DNA of 23,809 nt from Tubiluchus corallicola (lineage: Eukaryota; Animalia; Priapulida). A program made the position numbers and the translations under genes. The stretch lies in NCBI GenBank assembly GCA_030141605.1, contig JAQGDQ010001831.1, forward strand, positions 1 to 23,809, given 5' to 3'. Under the pieces are notes generated by a model. The model was not told the origin of the DNA. It searched no databases and was given only the letters and a program-made list of their open reading frames with translations. This document shows positions 1 through 10,882 of this stretch, piece after piece; position 1 is the first letter of the stretch; each line of letters begins with the position of its first letter.

Positions 1-266
1 AGTGGAAGTCTCGCAAGATTGCGATGGTATGGGACACCTGAAAAGAAGAGTCGGTGAGGATCATGTGGGAAGGGAGGTCATGGAAATGGAAGTGCTGCGA
101 AATAGAAGAAGAGGACGACCCAAGATGAGATGGTTTGAATGTATTAATGGAGACCTTAGAGAGAAGAACATAAATGAAGAGATGGTCAACAACAGGAATG
201 CGTGGAGAAGACTCATCCACAACGGCGACCCCGCATAGGGAAAAGCTGGGAAGAAAAAGAAGAAGA
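1..266 (+). mobile_element. RTE-clade LINE 3' end (cut by window edge)
   Basis: Encodes GHLKRR...VGREVMEMEV...RRRGRPKMRWFECINGDL...NRNAWRRLIHNGDP, a typical RTE ORF C-terminus, followed by a GAA-rich tail. Same family as 22312-22764. Confidence 0.9.
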
Positions 267-305
267 TGGCTGGTAGGTTCATAAACAAAGCAAAACATTA
301 CTCAC

Positions 306-443
306 CTTCCTGTACAAAAAAATTCGCAAAATGTTGGGAGATGCGCACAGCATTAAACGTGTGAGCAATTTCCTCTCTCTGAACCCATTCAAACATGACC
401 TTTTCCGGGTGCCATTGTACAGCGTAAAATGGATATGCTTTTG
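306..443 (-). CDS. GGH: GGH exon 8 (catalytic His)
   Basis: gcacag acceptor; KAYPFYAVQWHPEKVMFEWVQREEIAHTFNAVRISQHFANFFVQE; donor GTGAGT. Confidence 0.96.
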
Positions 444-3400
444 CTGTGCAACACAAAAATATCAATTTCAGTCTGCATTATAAATATCACGATAGAAGGC
501 AAAAAAGTTGATTTTTCAACTTTTCACTCTATAATTCCTCACCAGTAAAGTCGTCAAACTGAACAGAATCAGTACAGTTCATACACAAGCAAAGAACTAA
601 ATGCATTTACCTCCTAAAGACAGACATTTTTTGATTCTCATTTCTATGTTGGTATTACATTCTCTTTTTAAGCCACTGGCAAATAAAGTACGAAGGTACC
701 GTTTCTTTCAAAACAAACTGACCTTTTTCTCAGTCAATTTTTTACTGAATGTGATATAACTGTATGAGATAAAATAGAATTTACACTCATATCTCGGTTA
801 ATATAATCTAGACTCACATCTCGGTTAATATAATCTACACTCATATCTTGGTTAATATAATCTACACTCACATCTCGGTTAATATAGTCTACACTCACAT
901 CTCGGTTAATATAATCTACACTCATATCTCGGTTAATATAATCTGCACTCATATCTCGGTTAATATAATCTACACTCATATCTCGGTAAATATAATATAC
1001 ACTCACATCTCGGTTAATGTAATATACACTCACATCTCGGTTAATGTAATATACACTCATATCTCGGTTAATATAATCTGCACTCACATCTCGGTTAATA
1101 TATTCTACACTCATATCTCGGTTAATATAATCTACACTCATATCTCGGTTAATATAATCTACACTCATATCTCGGTTAATATAATCTGCATTCATATCTC
1201 GGTTAATATAATCTACACTCACATCTTGGTTAATATAATCTACACTCATATCTCGGTTAATATAATCTGCACTCATATCTCGGTTAATATAATCTACACT
1301 CATATCTCGGTAAATATAATATACACTCATATCTCGGTTAATGTAATATACACTCATATCTCGGTTAATATAATCTACACTCACATCTCGGTTAATATAA
1401 TCTACACATATATCTCGGTTAATATAATCTACACATATATCTCGGTTAATATAATCTACACTCACATCTCGGTTAATAGAATCTACACTCATATCTCGGT
1501 TAATATAATCTACACTCATATCTCAGTTAATATAATCTACACTCACATCTCGGTTAATATAATCTACACTCATATCTCGGTTAATATAATCTACACTCAT
1601 ATCTCAGTTTGTCCGACCTTGCTTTTACAGATGTCGGAAGAATCAGACAAAATCTGGACCGTTAAAAAGTCCCACATACTACAGACGCGGTTTGTTGTTC
1701 CGCGAGCTGACCGCTAGTTGGTGGGCCGTCACTTTGTTTACATTCAAGCAGCATGTAACCTATAAGCATGTAACAACATGTGTGTAGCTTCTATGTTGGC
1801 ATGTTTAAGCAGTTTAATTGGCATGCATAAGTGGTTTAGAGTCAATTAAGAGGAGTTATTTGAGTTAACTAGATGTTTTGAGACAATTAGGCGACTGATT
1901 CTACATTAGCGTGAGTCTAATATACAGCGTCTACTGTATTAGCTTAGTATTAGTAAAGACGGACATTCGGCAAATTCGGACCTTTCTCCGGTAAGCCGAG
2001 ATATGAGTGTAATATGAAATCACTCACCTTCCAGTGTGGATATAAATTGAAGTCCATCTTTATCCGAATTTGTTGATAAGATGTTGTAAATTCTGTCTAA
2101 ACCAGCCTGAGTAAAATTCTGTAAAAGAAAAAATTTAAAAATGTTCCCGATGCTGAAGACACATTTCAGCTTCTAGCGAATGAATCAAATTAGACAAAAA
2201 TATCTGTTGCAATTAAGAACAACTTTTAGTAATAGCAGAAAGAATCATAGGCAGTAAATGCTACCCTGTGGGCATTTGTGAGGCAATAAATTGTTATTAA
2301 ATAAAACTCCAGATATACTAACCTCTGGGGTCAAACAAAAATGATGAAAATTGTTTGTAACTGGTTCTGTAGCAACAGCTTTTAGCAAATCTTTTGGTAA
2401 AGTTTTAAACATACGACTTGTGTAAACATCTGTAAGATAAGATAACAACTTATTATGCCTTTTGATAATCATTTATCACAATTTCATTTGGCTCATTAAA
2501 AAAGTAACTTCGTCTGAGACTATATGTTGTGGAGATCCACTAGAATTAAATAGAATATTGTAGAATGTTCTATAGTATAGTAGAACAATCTTCTTACCTT
2601 GTAGAAGCTTCGAGAACTTTCTATTTCTAGATTATTCCCTGGCACTGATATATAAGGTCGCTGGAGTTTATTCTCTCACATTATCTTGTATCCTCGTATT
2701 CTCAGATTCTCAGATACGCTTTCACGTTTCCAGATTATCATATTTACTGTACACATTTCGCGTTCCTTCATACTTTTGTGTTGCAGAAGTCTCGCTTAAT
2801 AAACTAGTTTAATTTGACGACGTGTTTTCTGGTTTTCTCTACGAGCCTTCCGAGAGAAACAAAACACAACACTATAAAAATGTGAATGTTGACATATTGT
2901 ATAGCAATTTCATTCAGTGCTTGCCACTTCCATGTGTAATTATCCATCCTCAAGATTATATCAGACTGCGTGATGATTTGTTGGTCCGGCTAAAACCAAA
3001 GCGTAAATGGAACTCATTTGTAAATACATTTCAGACAGCGACAGTATTGTAATTTTGTATCTCTCGGAAGGCTCGTAGAGAAAACCAGAAAACACTCCGT
3101 CAAATTAAACTAGTTTATTAAGCGAGAATTCTAAAACACAAAAGTATGAAGGAACGCGAAATGATTACAGTAAACGTGAAAATCTGGAAAACGTTTAAGT
3201 GTATCTGAAAATACAAGTATACAAGACAATGTGTAAGTGGCGTCCGTGTGAATCTGTGTGCGTCTGTCAGCGGCCTGCTTCGCCTTATATAGCGCGCCCG
3301 AGAAGCTTCCAGAAGTTTCTTTCCAGAACATTCTACGCGGTAAGACGATTATTCTAACGGAACATTCTACAATGTTCTATTTAATTCTAATAGATGCCAG

Positions 3401-6400
3401 TGATCTCCACAACAAAAATGTGAATGTTGAAATATTCTATAGCAATTTCATTCAGTGCTTGCTACATCTATGTCCAGTTATCCATCCTCAAGATTATATC
3501 AGACTGTCTAATGATTTGTTGGCCCGGGTAAAACCAAAGCGCAAATGGGGAGTCATTTGTAACCACATTTCAGACAGCGACAGTGAAGAAAAAGCGTTGA
3601 CAGTCAACAAAGAAACAATTAATAGTGCAAGAAAAGAATTATTTGGCCAAACATCATGCCGTTTGGTAATCATTTGTCACAATTTCGTTAAAAAATTACG
3701 ATACCAAAATAAGCACACGAATGCACCCAAGATTGAAACAATCATAAAATGAGCTGAACAGTTGCCTCAGACATCTGTGCCAATGCCAGGAGAGTAAAAT
3801 TAAATGGTACATCATAAAAATTAGGAAATTGATTATCGCTTAAAAGCATTGAATTGTCTTACCGCACTTGGAATGAAGAATGTTTTACAAATAAGACTTT
3901 TACACCTACCAGGCTTCAGTTTCTCAAAATTCGATGCAACAGGGTGAGTTGGGTCACTTATAATACACTTTGACTTTTGGTTGTTTTTTTTCCTATAAAA
4001 AGATCTTCCAGGATAGCTATTAGAGTGGCACAGACTTTATATGATGACAAACTGCTAATACCTTGTCGCAAACGAAGAGGCAGAGTCACGTTCTCAGCAT
4101 TGCAATGGGTCAACATATCTTCACCTCCTTCTAGTTCTGTCATCTGTTCAAATCCCAAGCAAATGCCAAATATGGGAAAATAATCTCCTACTTCATATGC
4201 CTGCAAAATTATAACTACGAGTCATGCCGACATTTGGAGCACGATATACAGTTTGCTAAAACAACCTTGTAAAGATACATACATACATATATATGGTCAA
4301 CTACATAAATATAAATATTATAATCTTTGAGACCATAAAAGACATTACATTTTTCTCTGTTAATGATGACAAGTCTCAGAAAAGCTCTCTCATATTTCAA
4401 GGATGTACAGATTGTTGTTGTTGTTGGCATCCTTCTGTCTCGGAAGACAATGGAATGTGCGCCAAGAGAATCAGTTATTGATCACATTGATGGAGCTGCA
4501 GCGTCGACTGTTGCTGAGCAGTGCGATCCTTGAACCTCTGGAGTGGCCTCTCCAGGGCACATGCCTGGGCAAGGTGTATGGAGATCCTGAGTTGCCCAGA
4601 CAACAGGAACTCCCTCTCTTCCTCCCTGGTGTAGTCCAAAGGAAAGCGGAGCGATACGTTTGGCACCAGGTTGGCTGCAGGAGTCAGTGAGCATGCTGCA
4701 CTGGTCCGCCTTCGGGGCTCCAATCCTGATTTGGAAGGTTTATTCCTCTACACATAGCCGTTGGGTCACTTAACCTCCTCCGCCCTCTAGCCGTTGGCTG
4801 CTTATGCAGCTCCTCCGCCTAGTGTCGAGATACAGTGTGGGCATCCTGCAAGCCTACAGCACCTGGTATTCCTAGGCGGTCACCCATCCAAGCTCTACGT
4901 TGTTTAACTTCGGTCATCAGACGAGAACCGGTGTTTTCAACGTGATATGGCTGTAGAATGATAGTACAAGAGAAAATGGATACCAGTAAAATTCATCTTA
5001 GATGATCATACACAGGTTATTCAAATAAGGTTTCCTAAATATAGTTTCTTTTCAAATACGAAAAGTGGGAGTGAACGTCTCTCAAGCAGCAGATTTGAAG
5101 CTCATTTTAGTTCAGTCTCACAATAATACAAAAAAATCAGAACTGTTTACGGTGTCTTAACGGAAATGAATGAAGGTTACCAAAGACATACCATTTTCTA
5201 ACTAATTAAGTATTTGCCTGCTATGCAGAAACAAAAAAAGCACAACTCATTTACATACAGAGAAGCCTTCTCTATATTTTTTTCCATAATTATAACCTGG
5301 AAAGGCCCCGCAAAAAATTTTGCTTATAAATACACTTATAATCAATAATACGTGAACATCCTACATAGTCCTCATTTATAACGCAAAGCCAGCAGCAGCA
5401 GCTTTTACTGAATTAAAGTTATAGGGTTACAGGCTGAGTATAATGGATGACGTCACAACAACGGCTTTCCGTAAGCAGTTTTCTAAGCGAAAATTGCCAA
5501 AAATAGAACATCTCATTAACTCGTTGTCACTACTCTTGGTGGACGTGTCCTAACATATAGCCCACATCATTGTGTAGCCCTGTTCTTCCTCTTTCTAAAG
5601 AGCTATATATCTCCTTTCGAGAGTCCCACCAGGCGCCGCTAGAACGTTTTTTCTGCATGCTGTTTGACAAAACACCAAATACCCACAGTTAAAGATGCAA
5701 AAACATATCTTATTAAGTTAATTAACGCAGTTTAGACAAATGCAGGATAACACACTCACATGTTTTGCAGCATCATAGAAAAACTGCGCAGCTCTTGTAT
5801 ATCCTGAGGTACGTATGTTCTGAGCGCCACCTGGTAGGACAATACTGAAACAAAATGTAGTAGCCTAAACATAGCTAGCTTACACATGCTCAAAGAAAAT
5901 AAACGTTGTCTGGTATAAGTGCTTCAAACTAAATAATGAAAAAAATTCCAACTTTAATGCAATATTTTTAAATAACACTTACAACTTATTTCTTAAAACC
6001 AGAAATATAAATATCCAAAATGAATGAGATGAACATTTAAAGCGTATTATATGTTTAATTTTTAATGTTCAATTTTGTACTTCTAGTACTCCTTACACAT
6101 ACCCATTCAGGGATTTAAATAGTGTTGCATAGTACTCTGCTGTTTGGTTTATCCTACAAAAAAATAGAAAAGCGAATTAGAATTCATCCGTAGTATGTTT
6201 TTTTTTTACTTTTTAATTAGACATAACACACTCAAAAGCAGAAAATACAAATCTATAACACTATTTATCTGATTTCATTCATGAATTGCTCTATTAGCAA
6301 AACACTTGTATGTGCACTGTGCAGCCATCTAGTGGCAAACTGTAAAAGGATAAAAATCACCAGAACGAGGCATTTGATTCATGAATTGCTCTATTAGCAA

Positions 6401-9196
6401 CACACTTGTATGTGCACTGTGCAGCCATCTAGTGGCAAACTGGAAAAGGATGAAAATCACCAGAAGGAGGCATTTGATGTAAGTATATTTTTAATTATTT
6501 TATAAAAATGTTAATTACGTAAATTTAACAACATGATCATTACTGGACTGCAAAACTAATGATAAAAGGCCAATGGCTCATTAACCCAGTTTTTTCTAGC
6601 ATTCAAATGACGCAATCTGCAAAAACATTAAAACAATAATATGAATATTGTTTACCTTTATTTACAATTTACGTACTTTACCTGACAGGTACGACTTGAG
6701 CCCCACCGGCTTCAAGATATTTAACGTAAGAAGCAGCCAGGTATGCATTGCCATATCTGCTATATACTTCATAGGGATGCGTTTCTTGAAACAGTAACCC
6801 TGAAAGATTAAGCATTAATTATACCATACATGTAGGCGCTGTATGTAGTATCAGGAAATATGTAATATGTGCTGAATTACAATTTCACTTCCCTGGTATT
6901 AGTATCTATACAATAATTAAGTTTTTTCATGATGATGACATTGTAGCTATTTCATCCCAGCAACATTCACACTTCTGCAGTTTATGGCAGACAAGTTTTG
7001 CACTTTACTCTCCTCCCTACACATTCATTTTCAAAATATCAAATGTACAGTAAACCTCGGATATAAGGGACACCTCGCGACCGGAAAAAATCGTCCCTTA
7101 CATCCGATGTCCCTTATAGCCGAAGTTCAGTCAGACCAAGGGTGTATCTAGACCTGTACTTTTCTGTACTTTTACCCATATTTTATGGATTATTGCTACA
7201 CATTCAGTGCAAACGGTATGTAGGAAGCTCCTTCAGTGATGTAAGATGTATGTGACAGCGAAAACCGAGTTATTCGAATGCCAAGTTTGCTAAAAGTTAA
7301 GTTTAAAAATCGATCAATTTCTCTTTGATCATAAGTCCCTTATATGCGAGGTAATTTACCTGGGTTTATATTACGCGGGACCTGAAGATATCGTCCCTTA
7401 TAACCGAAAGTCTCTTATATCTGAGTACCTTATGTACGAAAATTTTTATAAGGAAAACGTTGCAAAAATCGGTACTGGTATTGGTGGTTCCATATAAGCG
7501 AGGTTGACTGTATTATAAAGCAATATTCTGGCTCAAACATAGCAGTGATTGTAGTTTTAATTATGCTAAGTGAAATTTTTCAACTGGATCCACACATTGA
7601 AACGACTGAGGTGACTCTTCTACATTATCTCACAAAATAATTGACACGATAATATTTACTGTTAACTCACCTTTGCAGCTATCACCTATCAAGTTGACGA
7701 TTGTTAATGCTTGTCACGGATTCCCGTGATTGAATTCAACTCTGCTGCTAGACTGTTTATTTACAGTATTGCAAACTAGTTTATTCCGGTTCCTACGACT
7801 TTTATAAACCTACTTAGAGTCGTTCAGGCTGTAATTTTAGATTAGGTTAACCTTGAATTATTTATACGGGCTTCATTCTAAAGTTATAAATTCCATCGTC
7901 ACCTTTGTACAGGTGACCATTTGACGCTTGCTATTCCTATAAGCAAACGTTATACGATTCGCCTAATTCGTTAGGTTATTTTTCCTTTTAACAGTTTTTT
8001 ATAATTATGTGCTGATTTGTGCGCTATATATCTAGCATTAATACTCTGTGCTTATTGCATTAACTATGTGATAAAGTGAATAATTATATACGATTGGTTG
8101 TCCTGAGTTCTATTTAATGTAATAGCTGTGATAAAAAGTAATAATGTAAATGTGCCAAATCATGTAAGTTACAATAAATTATATTTTGGGTGGCCACTCT
8201 TTTAATCAAATAGTTGTGCGGTTTTTCTTGAAAGTCAAGAGTAAATCTAAATTACGTATTTCAATAACAGCAAAACATTTTAATTAACAACTCATAGACG
8301 TAAGCGTTATGCATCTTTTTTTAATAAAAACAACATATTAGACTATATATAATTCCACGTATTTGTTTAATTCTAATCAACAAATTAAAAACCAGGCCGA
8401 TGTCTCTCCCACAAACTTCTGAAAAAAGAGCATTTTTCACAATGCTGTAATTTTGTTAGCCATTGTGTAAGTAACCCAAAACTGAGTTATATCATACACT
8501 CAATCTCCAAACAACTTTTCTATGCTGCTTGCCCTTTAACTACAAGACTTATAACGATTTGGTACATTATATGTACACACATAGGGCAAACACATAAGCA
8601 AGTACAACTAAGGCTACTAGTATCATGCTGTAGAAAACTCGGTGTTTACAGACTTGTTTCTCATGAATCCAATCTATATTTCGTTCTTCAGTAGCATTAA
8701 CATACGTTTGGATATAATCGTGAGTGTGTGATAATTTTAACAAAATTTTTTTTGAAAGTTTAATTTTGTTTCAAGTTTTTTGAGATGTATAGCCCCAATG
8801 TATTTACACTGTCCTTACAATAACGACTCTTCAGGTCATGTTGAACTACATTTAAAAGTATACTTTACTCTAACCATAATTGATATTCTGGGAGAGGGAT
8901 ACAGTTCTAGTAGCATTTACCATAAACATTTGCTCTACCAACGTCAGTAATTACCTAGGTAACAGCTGCTTTTACTTACGAAATATAATTAATAGAAACT
9001 TATTTACTGAACATTTGCAAACTTCTGTTAGCAATGGTGACGACATTTAAGATACGCAAAAATACAAACCTATTATTGGTCTTTCATTAACTATCCTTGG
9101 AAACTCCGCATCGCCATTGATATTGCTGTTCAAATGTAAACACAAAAAGAAACTCAAACTCAAAGAAAAGATGAAAAAACTTGAACAGGTCGCCAT
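306..9196 (-). CDS. GGH: Gamma-glutamyl hydrolase (peptidase C26), spliced, 3' end outside window; join(9070..9196,6682..6799,6103..6153,5760..5844,4062..4200,2323..2429,2028..2118,306..443)
   Basis: Eight GT-AG exons with compatible phases splice to 285 codons: MATCSSFFIFSLSLSFFLCLHLN...RPIIGLLFQ...YLAASYVKYLEAGGAQVVPVR...NGIVLPGG...DYFPIFGICLGFEQ...EPVTNNFHHFCL...YPFYAVQWHPEK...HFANFFVQE. Shows a signal-peptide-like N-terminus, the catalytic Cys in GICLG and the His-x-Glu in QWHPE. Confidence 0.97.
784..1593. repeat. 27-bp minisatellite, 30 units (CACTCATATCTCGGTTAATATAATCTA)
   Basis: Exact 27-bp period over 810 bp. It produces the spurious SVDYINRD and HISVNIIYT ORFs. Confidence 0.98.
1594..2009. 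mobile_element. TA-flanked MITE with TIR CACTCATATCTC(G/A)G
   Basis: ta-CACTCATATCTCAG at 1592-1607 and CCGAGATATGAGTG-ta at 1996-2011; no coding capacity. Confidence 0.75.
2028..2118 (-). CDS. GGH: GGH exon 7
   Basis: ttacag acceptor; NFTQAGLDRIYNILSTNSDKDGLQFISTLE; donor GTGAGT. Confidence 0.95.
2323..2429 (-). CDS. GGH: GGH exon 6
   Basis: ttacag acceptor; VYTSRMFKTLPKDLLKAVATEPVTNNFHHFCLTPE; donor GTTAGT. Confidence 0.95.
2525..2871 (+). mobile_element. Solo LTR (347 bp) with 5-bp TSD CTATA
   Basis: TGTTGTG...CACAACA termini; CTATA at 2520-2524 and 2872-2876; internal TATATAA near 2649 and AATAAA near 2798. TGTT...AACA ends with a 5-bp TSD are typical of BEL/Pao or Copia. Confidence 0.85.
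2877..3584. repeat. ~169-bp diverged direct repeat (2877-3045 and 3415-3584)
   Basis: Both copies run AAAATGTGAATGTTGA...TTATCCATCCTCAAGATTATATCAGACTG...CATTTCAGACAGCGACAGT. Confidence 0.92.
3045..3414 (-). mobile_element. Second solo LTR of the same family, inverted
   Basis: The reverse complement begins TGTTGTGGAGATC and shares long blocks with 2525-2871, e.g. CTCGCTTAATAAACTAGTTTAATTTGACG and TTTTCTGGTTTTCTCTACGAGCCTTCCGAGAGA. No short TSD. Confidence 0.8.
4062..4200 (-). CDS. GGH: GGH exon 5 (catalytic Cys)
   Basis: ttgcag acceptor; AYEVGDYFPIFGICLGFEQMTELEGGEDMLTHCNAENVTLPLRLRQ; donor GTATTA. Confidence 0.96.
4412..4958 (-). mobile_element. 5S rRNA-derived SINE (SINE3 type), copy 1, with RTE-type tail and (CAA)n end
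   Basis: 5S head at 4850-4958, GC-rich body shared with 11050-11506, 3' end GTCTTCCGAGACAGAAGGATGC(CAA)n. Confidence 0.9.
4850..4958 (-). pseudogene. 5S rRNA-derived SINE head
   Basis: Reverse complement reads CTACAGCCATATCACGTTGAAAACACCGGTTCTCGTCTGATGACCGAAGTTAAACAACGTAGAGCTTGGATGGGTGACCGCCTAGGAATACCAGGTGCTGTAGGCTT. It lacks 11 nt present in copy 2 and has no oligo-T terminator. Confidence 0.9.
5760..5844 (-). CDS. GGH: GGH exon 4
   Basis: tttcag acceptor; IVLPGGAQNIRTSGYTRAAQFFYDAAKH; donor GTGAGT. Confidence 0.95.
6103..6153 (-). CDS. GGH: GGH exon 3
   Basis: ttgtag acceptor; INQTAEYYATLFKSLN; donor GTATGT; 51 nt. Confidence 0.92.
6277..6478. repeat. Tandem duplication, 2 x 100 bp
   Basis: ATTCATGAATTGCTCTATTAGCAA...GAGGCATTTG begins at 6277 and again at 6377, with few mismatches. 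Confidence 0.95.
6682..6799 (-). CDS. GGH: GGH exon 2
   Basis: tttcag acceptor; LLFQETHPYEVYSRYGNAYLAASYVKYLEAGGAQVVPV; donor GTAAAG. Confidence 0.95.
7048..7510 (+). mobile_element. Tc1/mariner-pogo-type MITE, copy 1
   Basis: ta-CAGTAAACCTCG ... CGAGGTTGACTG-ta; repeated internal TCCCTTA/TAAGGGA motifs; homologous to 16569-17049. Confidence 0.9.
9070..9196 (-). CDS. GGH: GGH exon 1 (signal peptide to RPIIG)
   Basis: ATG at 9196; MATCSSFFIFSLSLSFFLCLHLNSNINGDAEFPRIVNERPII-G; donor GTTTGT; phase 1. Confidence 0.9.
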
Positions 9197-10753
9197 TGAA
9201 GCAAGACCGGATGTTTTTGTCGGAAGTACAGTGCAAAGAACGATAGAGAACCGTCAGGGTGTCAGCTCTTACAGAAGTGAAAAGCTTTAAGAACAGAAAA
9301 GGTCATACAGGACTGAGCTTCAAGCTCACATAATGTATGGAACAAGTCAGTGGCTCCAACAGTCAGAACACAAAAAGTTTAGCATCGTAACCGTAAATTT
9401 AGCGTAAGACTTTGAAAAAATTTAATCATCCACAATGTGTTTCTAAACTTCTGATAATTAATATAACGAGACTAATTTTCATCGGTAACCAGTCTCAAGT
9501 ACTTTTTTCGCATAACCGATTAAAATATAAACATTTCTGACTCTTGTTTTTTGCATTTTAAATTTTCAAAACTTTTTGTTGATAAATTGATTTTCTGCCT
9601 ACACCCCGTGTACATAAATTCTGCCATTAACAGTCTAACTACAGCCATGAGGCCACTCCTCAAACTGTGCCTGTGTTGATATTGAGCGAATTTTCCATGC
9701 ATACACACTATAGGCAGAAACAATTAAATTTATTACCCAATAATCGAAATATAAAATCACACGCCAAATGACGTACGCCTGAAATTTGCGCGACTAGCAA
9801 AATTATCCACTGTAAATCAAACTATTAAAGAAGCCAATTTTAAGTTCTTTCACAATTATTATAAAATTAAAAAATTCCGGTTAAAAAGTTAAACAAGATT
9901 ATAATAGTCACTGGTAACTATGATCACTGCCTCGAGTTTAAATTAAAATTAGCAAAGCAATGCAGTAACTGATTCCAATGCATTCGCAGCCTAAACAGAA
10001 CTGATACTTGCCACAATCTCACATTATATTAATATCGTCCCTTTTATTTTTTCTTCATTTGTGCAGAGACTACACTAGAGAAGCAATGGTAAAGCAAGAC
10101 AATAAGTATAACAACATTTTTATTAACAGTAACAGTAAAAAACATGCTTGCCATTTGCTTGTCACAGAACAGAAATGCTACAGTATGAGCCAACAAATAA
10201 ATCTGACACCTTTTTGTGACCATATAAAATAAGCACGGTACCAGCTTTTTCAGCAGCAGCCATACGTGTAGTGAGCATTTAAAGAATATTGTTGTTTAGT
10301 CTGAGGCAAAAATTTATTTTTAGGCTATGTACACATATCAGTAAACTTAAGTAAAACAGTCACACAGTGTAAAAATTTTTGATCTAATCAAATGGTGGGG
10401 CTAAAACATTAACTAGTACTATCACGATAAAGTTATTTAATTACAGGTGAAGCAAGGGCAAATAACTGCTGGTATTGTGATAAAATAATCAATTTCAAGA
10501 TTGTTATGAGAAAATGGTCACAATCATAGTACATGTAAATTCACTGCAACTAAATCCATTGTCATTTTTCCTAATTTTTCATTATGACAGACCACTTTGC
10601 TAGCCTTCTTGCACGAAATAAGCAAAATAATGTCGGATAACAAATAAATAATCAGTACAATACGCGCCAGATAGCACTGTAATTACTACAACAACTTTGA
10701 CTTAACAGAACTAAGGTATTTACAATGCATTGCTACAAAACTAATATTTCACT

Positions 10754-10882
10754 TCATTCTTGACCGCGGTAAAATTTCGACATGAAATCAGTCGGTCGAG
10801 GTTCGATTGATTCCTTGAAATATCGCATTATGTGGCTATTCGTCATAAACTTTTCTCTAACCTCACGCAGCTCCATCTGTCC
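10754..10882 (-). CDS. NDUFA6: NDUFA6 exon 3
   Basis: tttcag acceptor; GQMELREV...DFMSKFYRGQE, then TGA. Confidence 0.95.
   Translation of the reverse strand, partial: GQMELREVREKFMTNSHIMRYFKESIEPRPTDFMSKFYRGQE

Noticed and set aside
734-1717. 261-aa and 289-aa repetitive ORFs; array might be taken for CRISPR
   Set aside because: They are translations of a 27-bp intronic minisatellite. Units are contiguous with no unique spacers, there are no cas genes, and the context is eukaryotic.
2822-3752. Paralogous ORFs of 76 and 164 aa sharing NVNV..LYSNFIQCL..IHPQDYIRL
   Set aside because: The similarity comes from the 169-bp duplication. Both ORFs start inside LTR sequence at non-ATG codons and show no recognisable domain.
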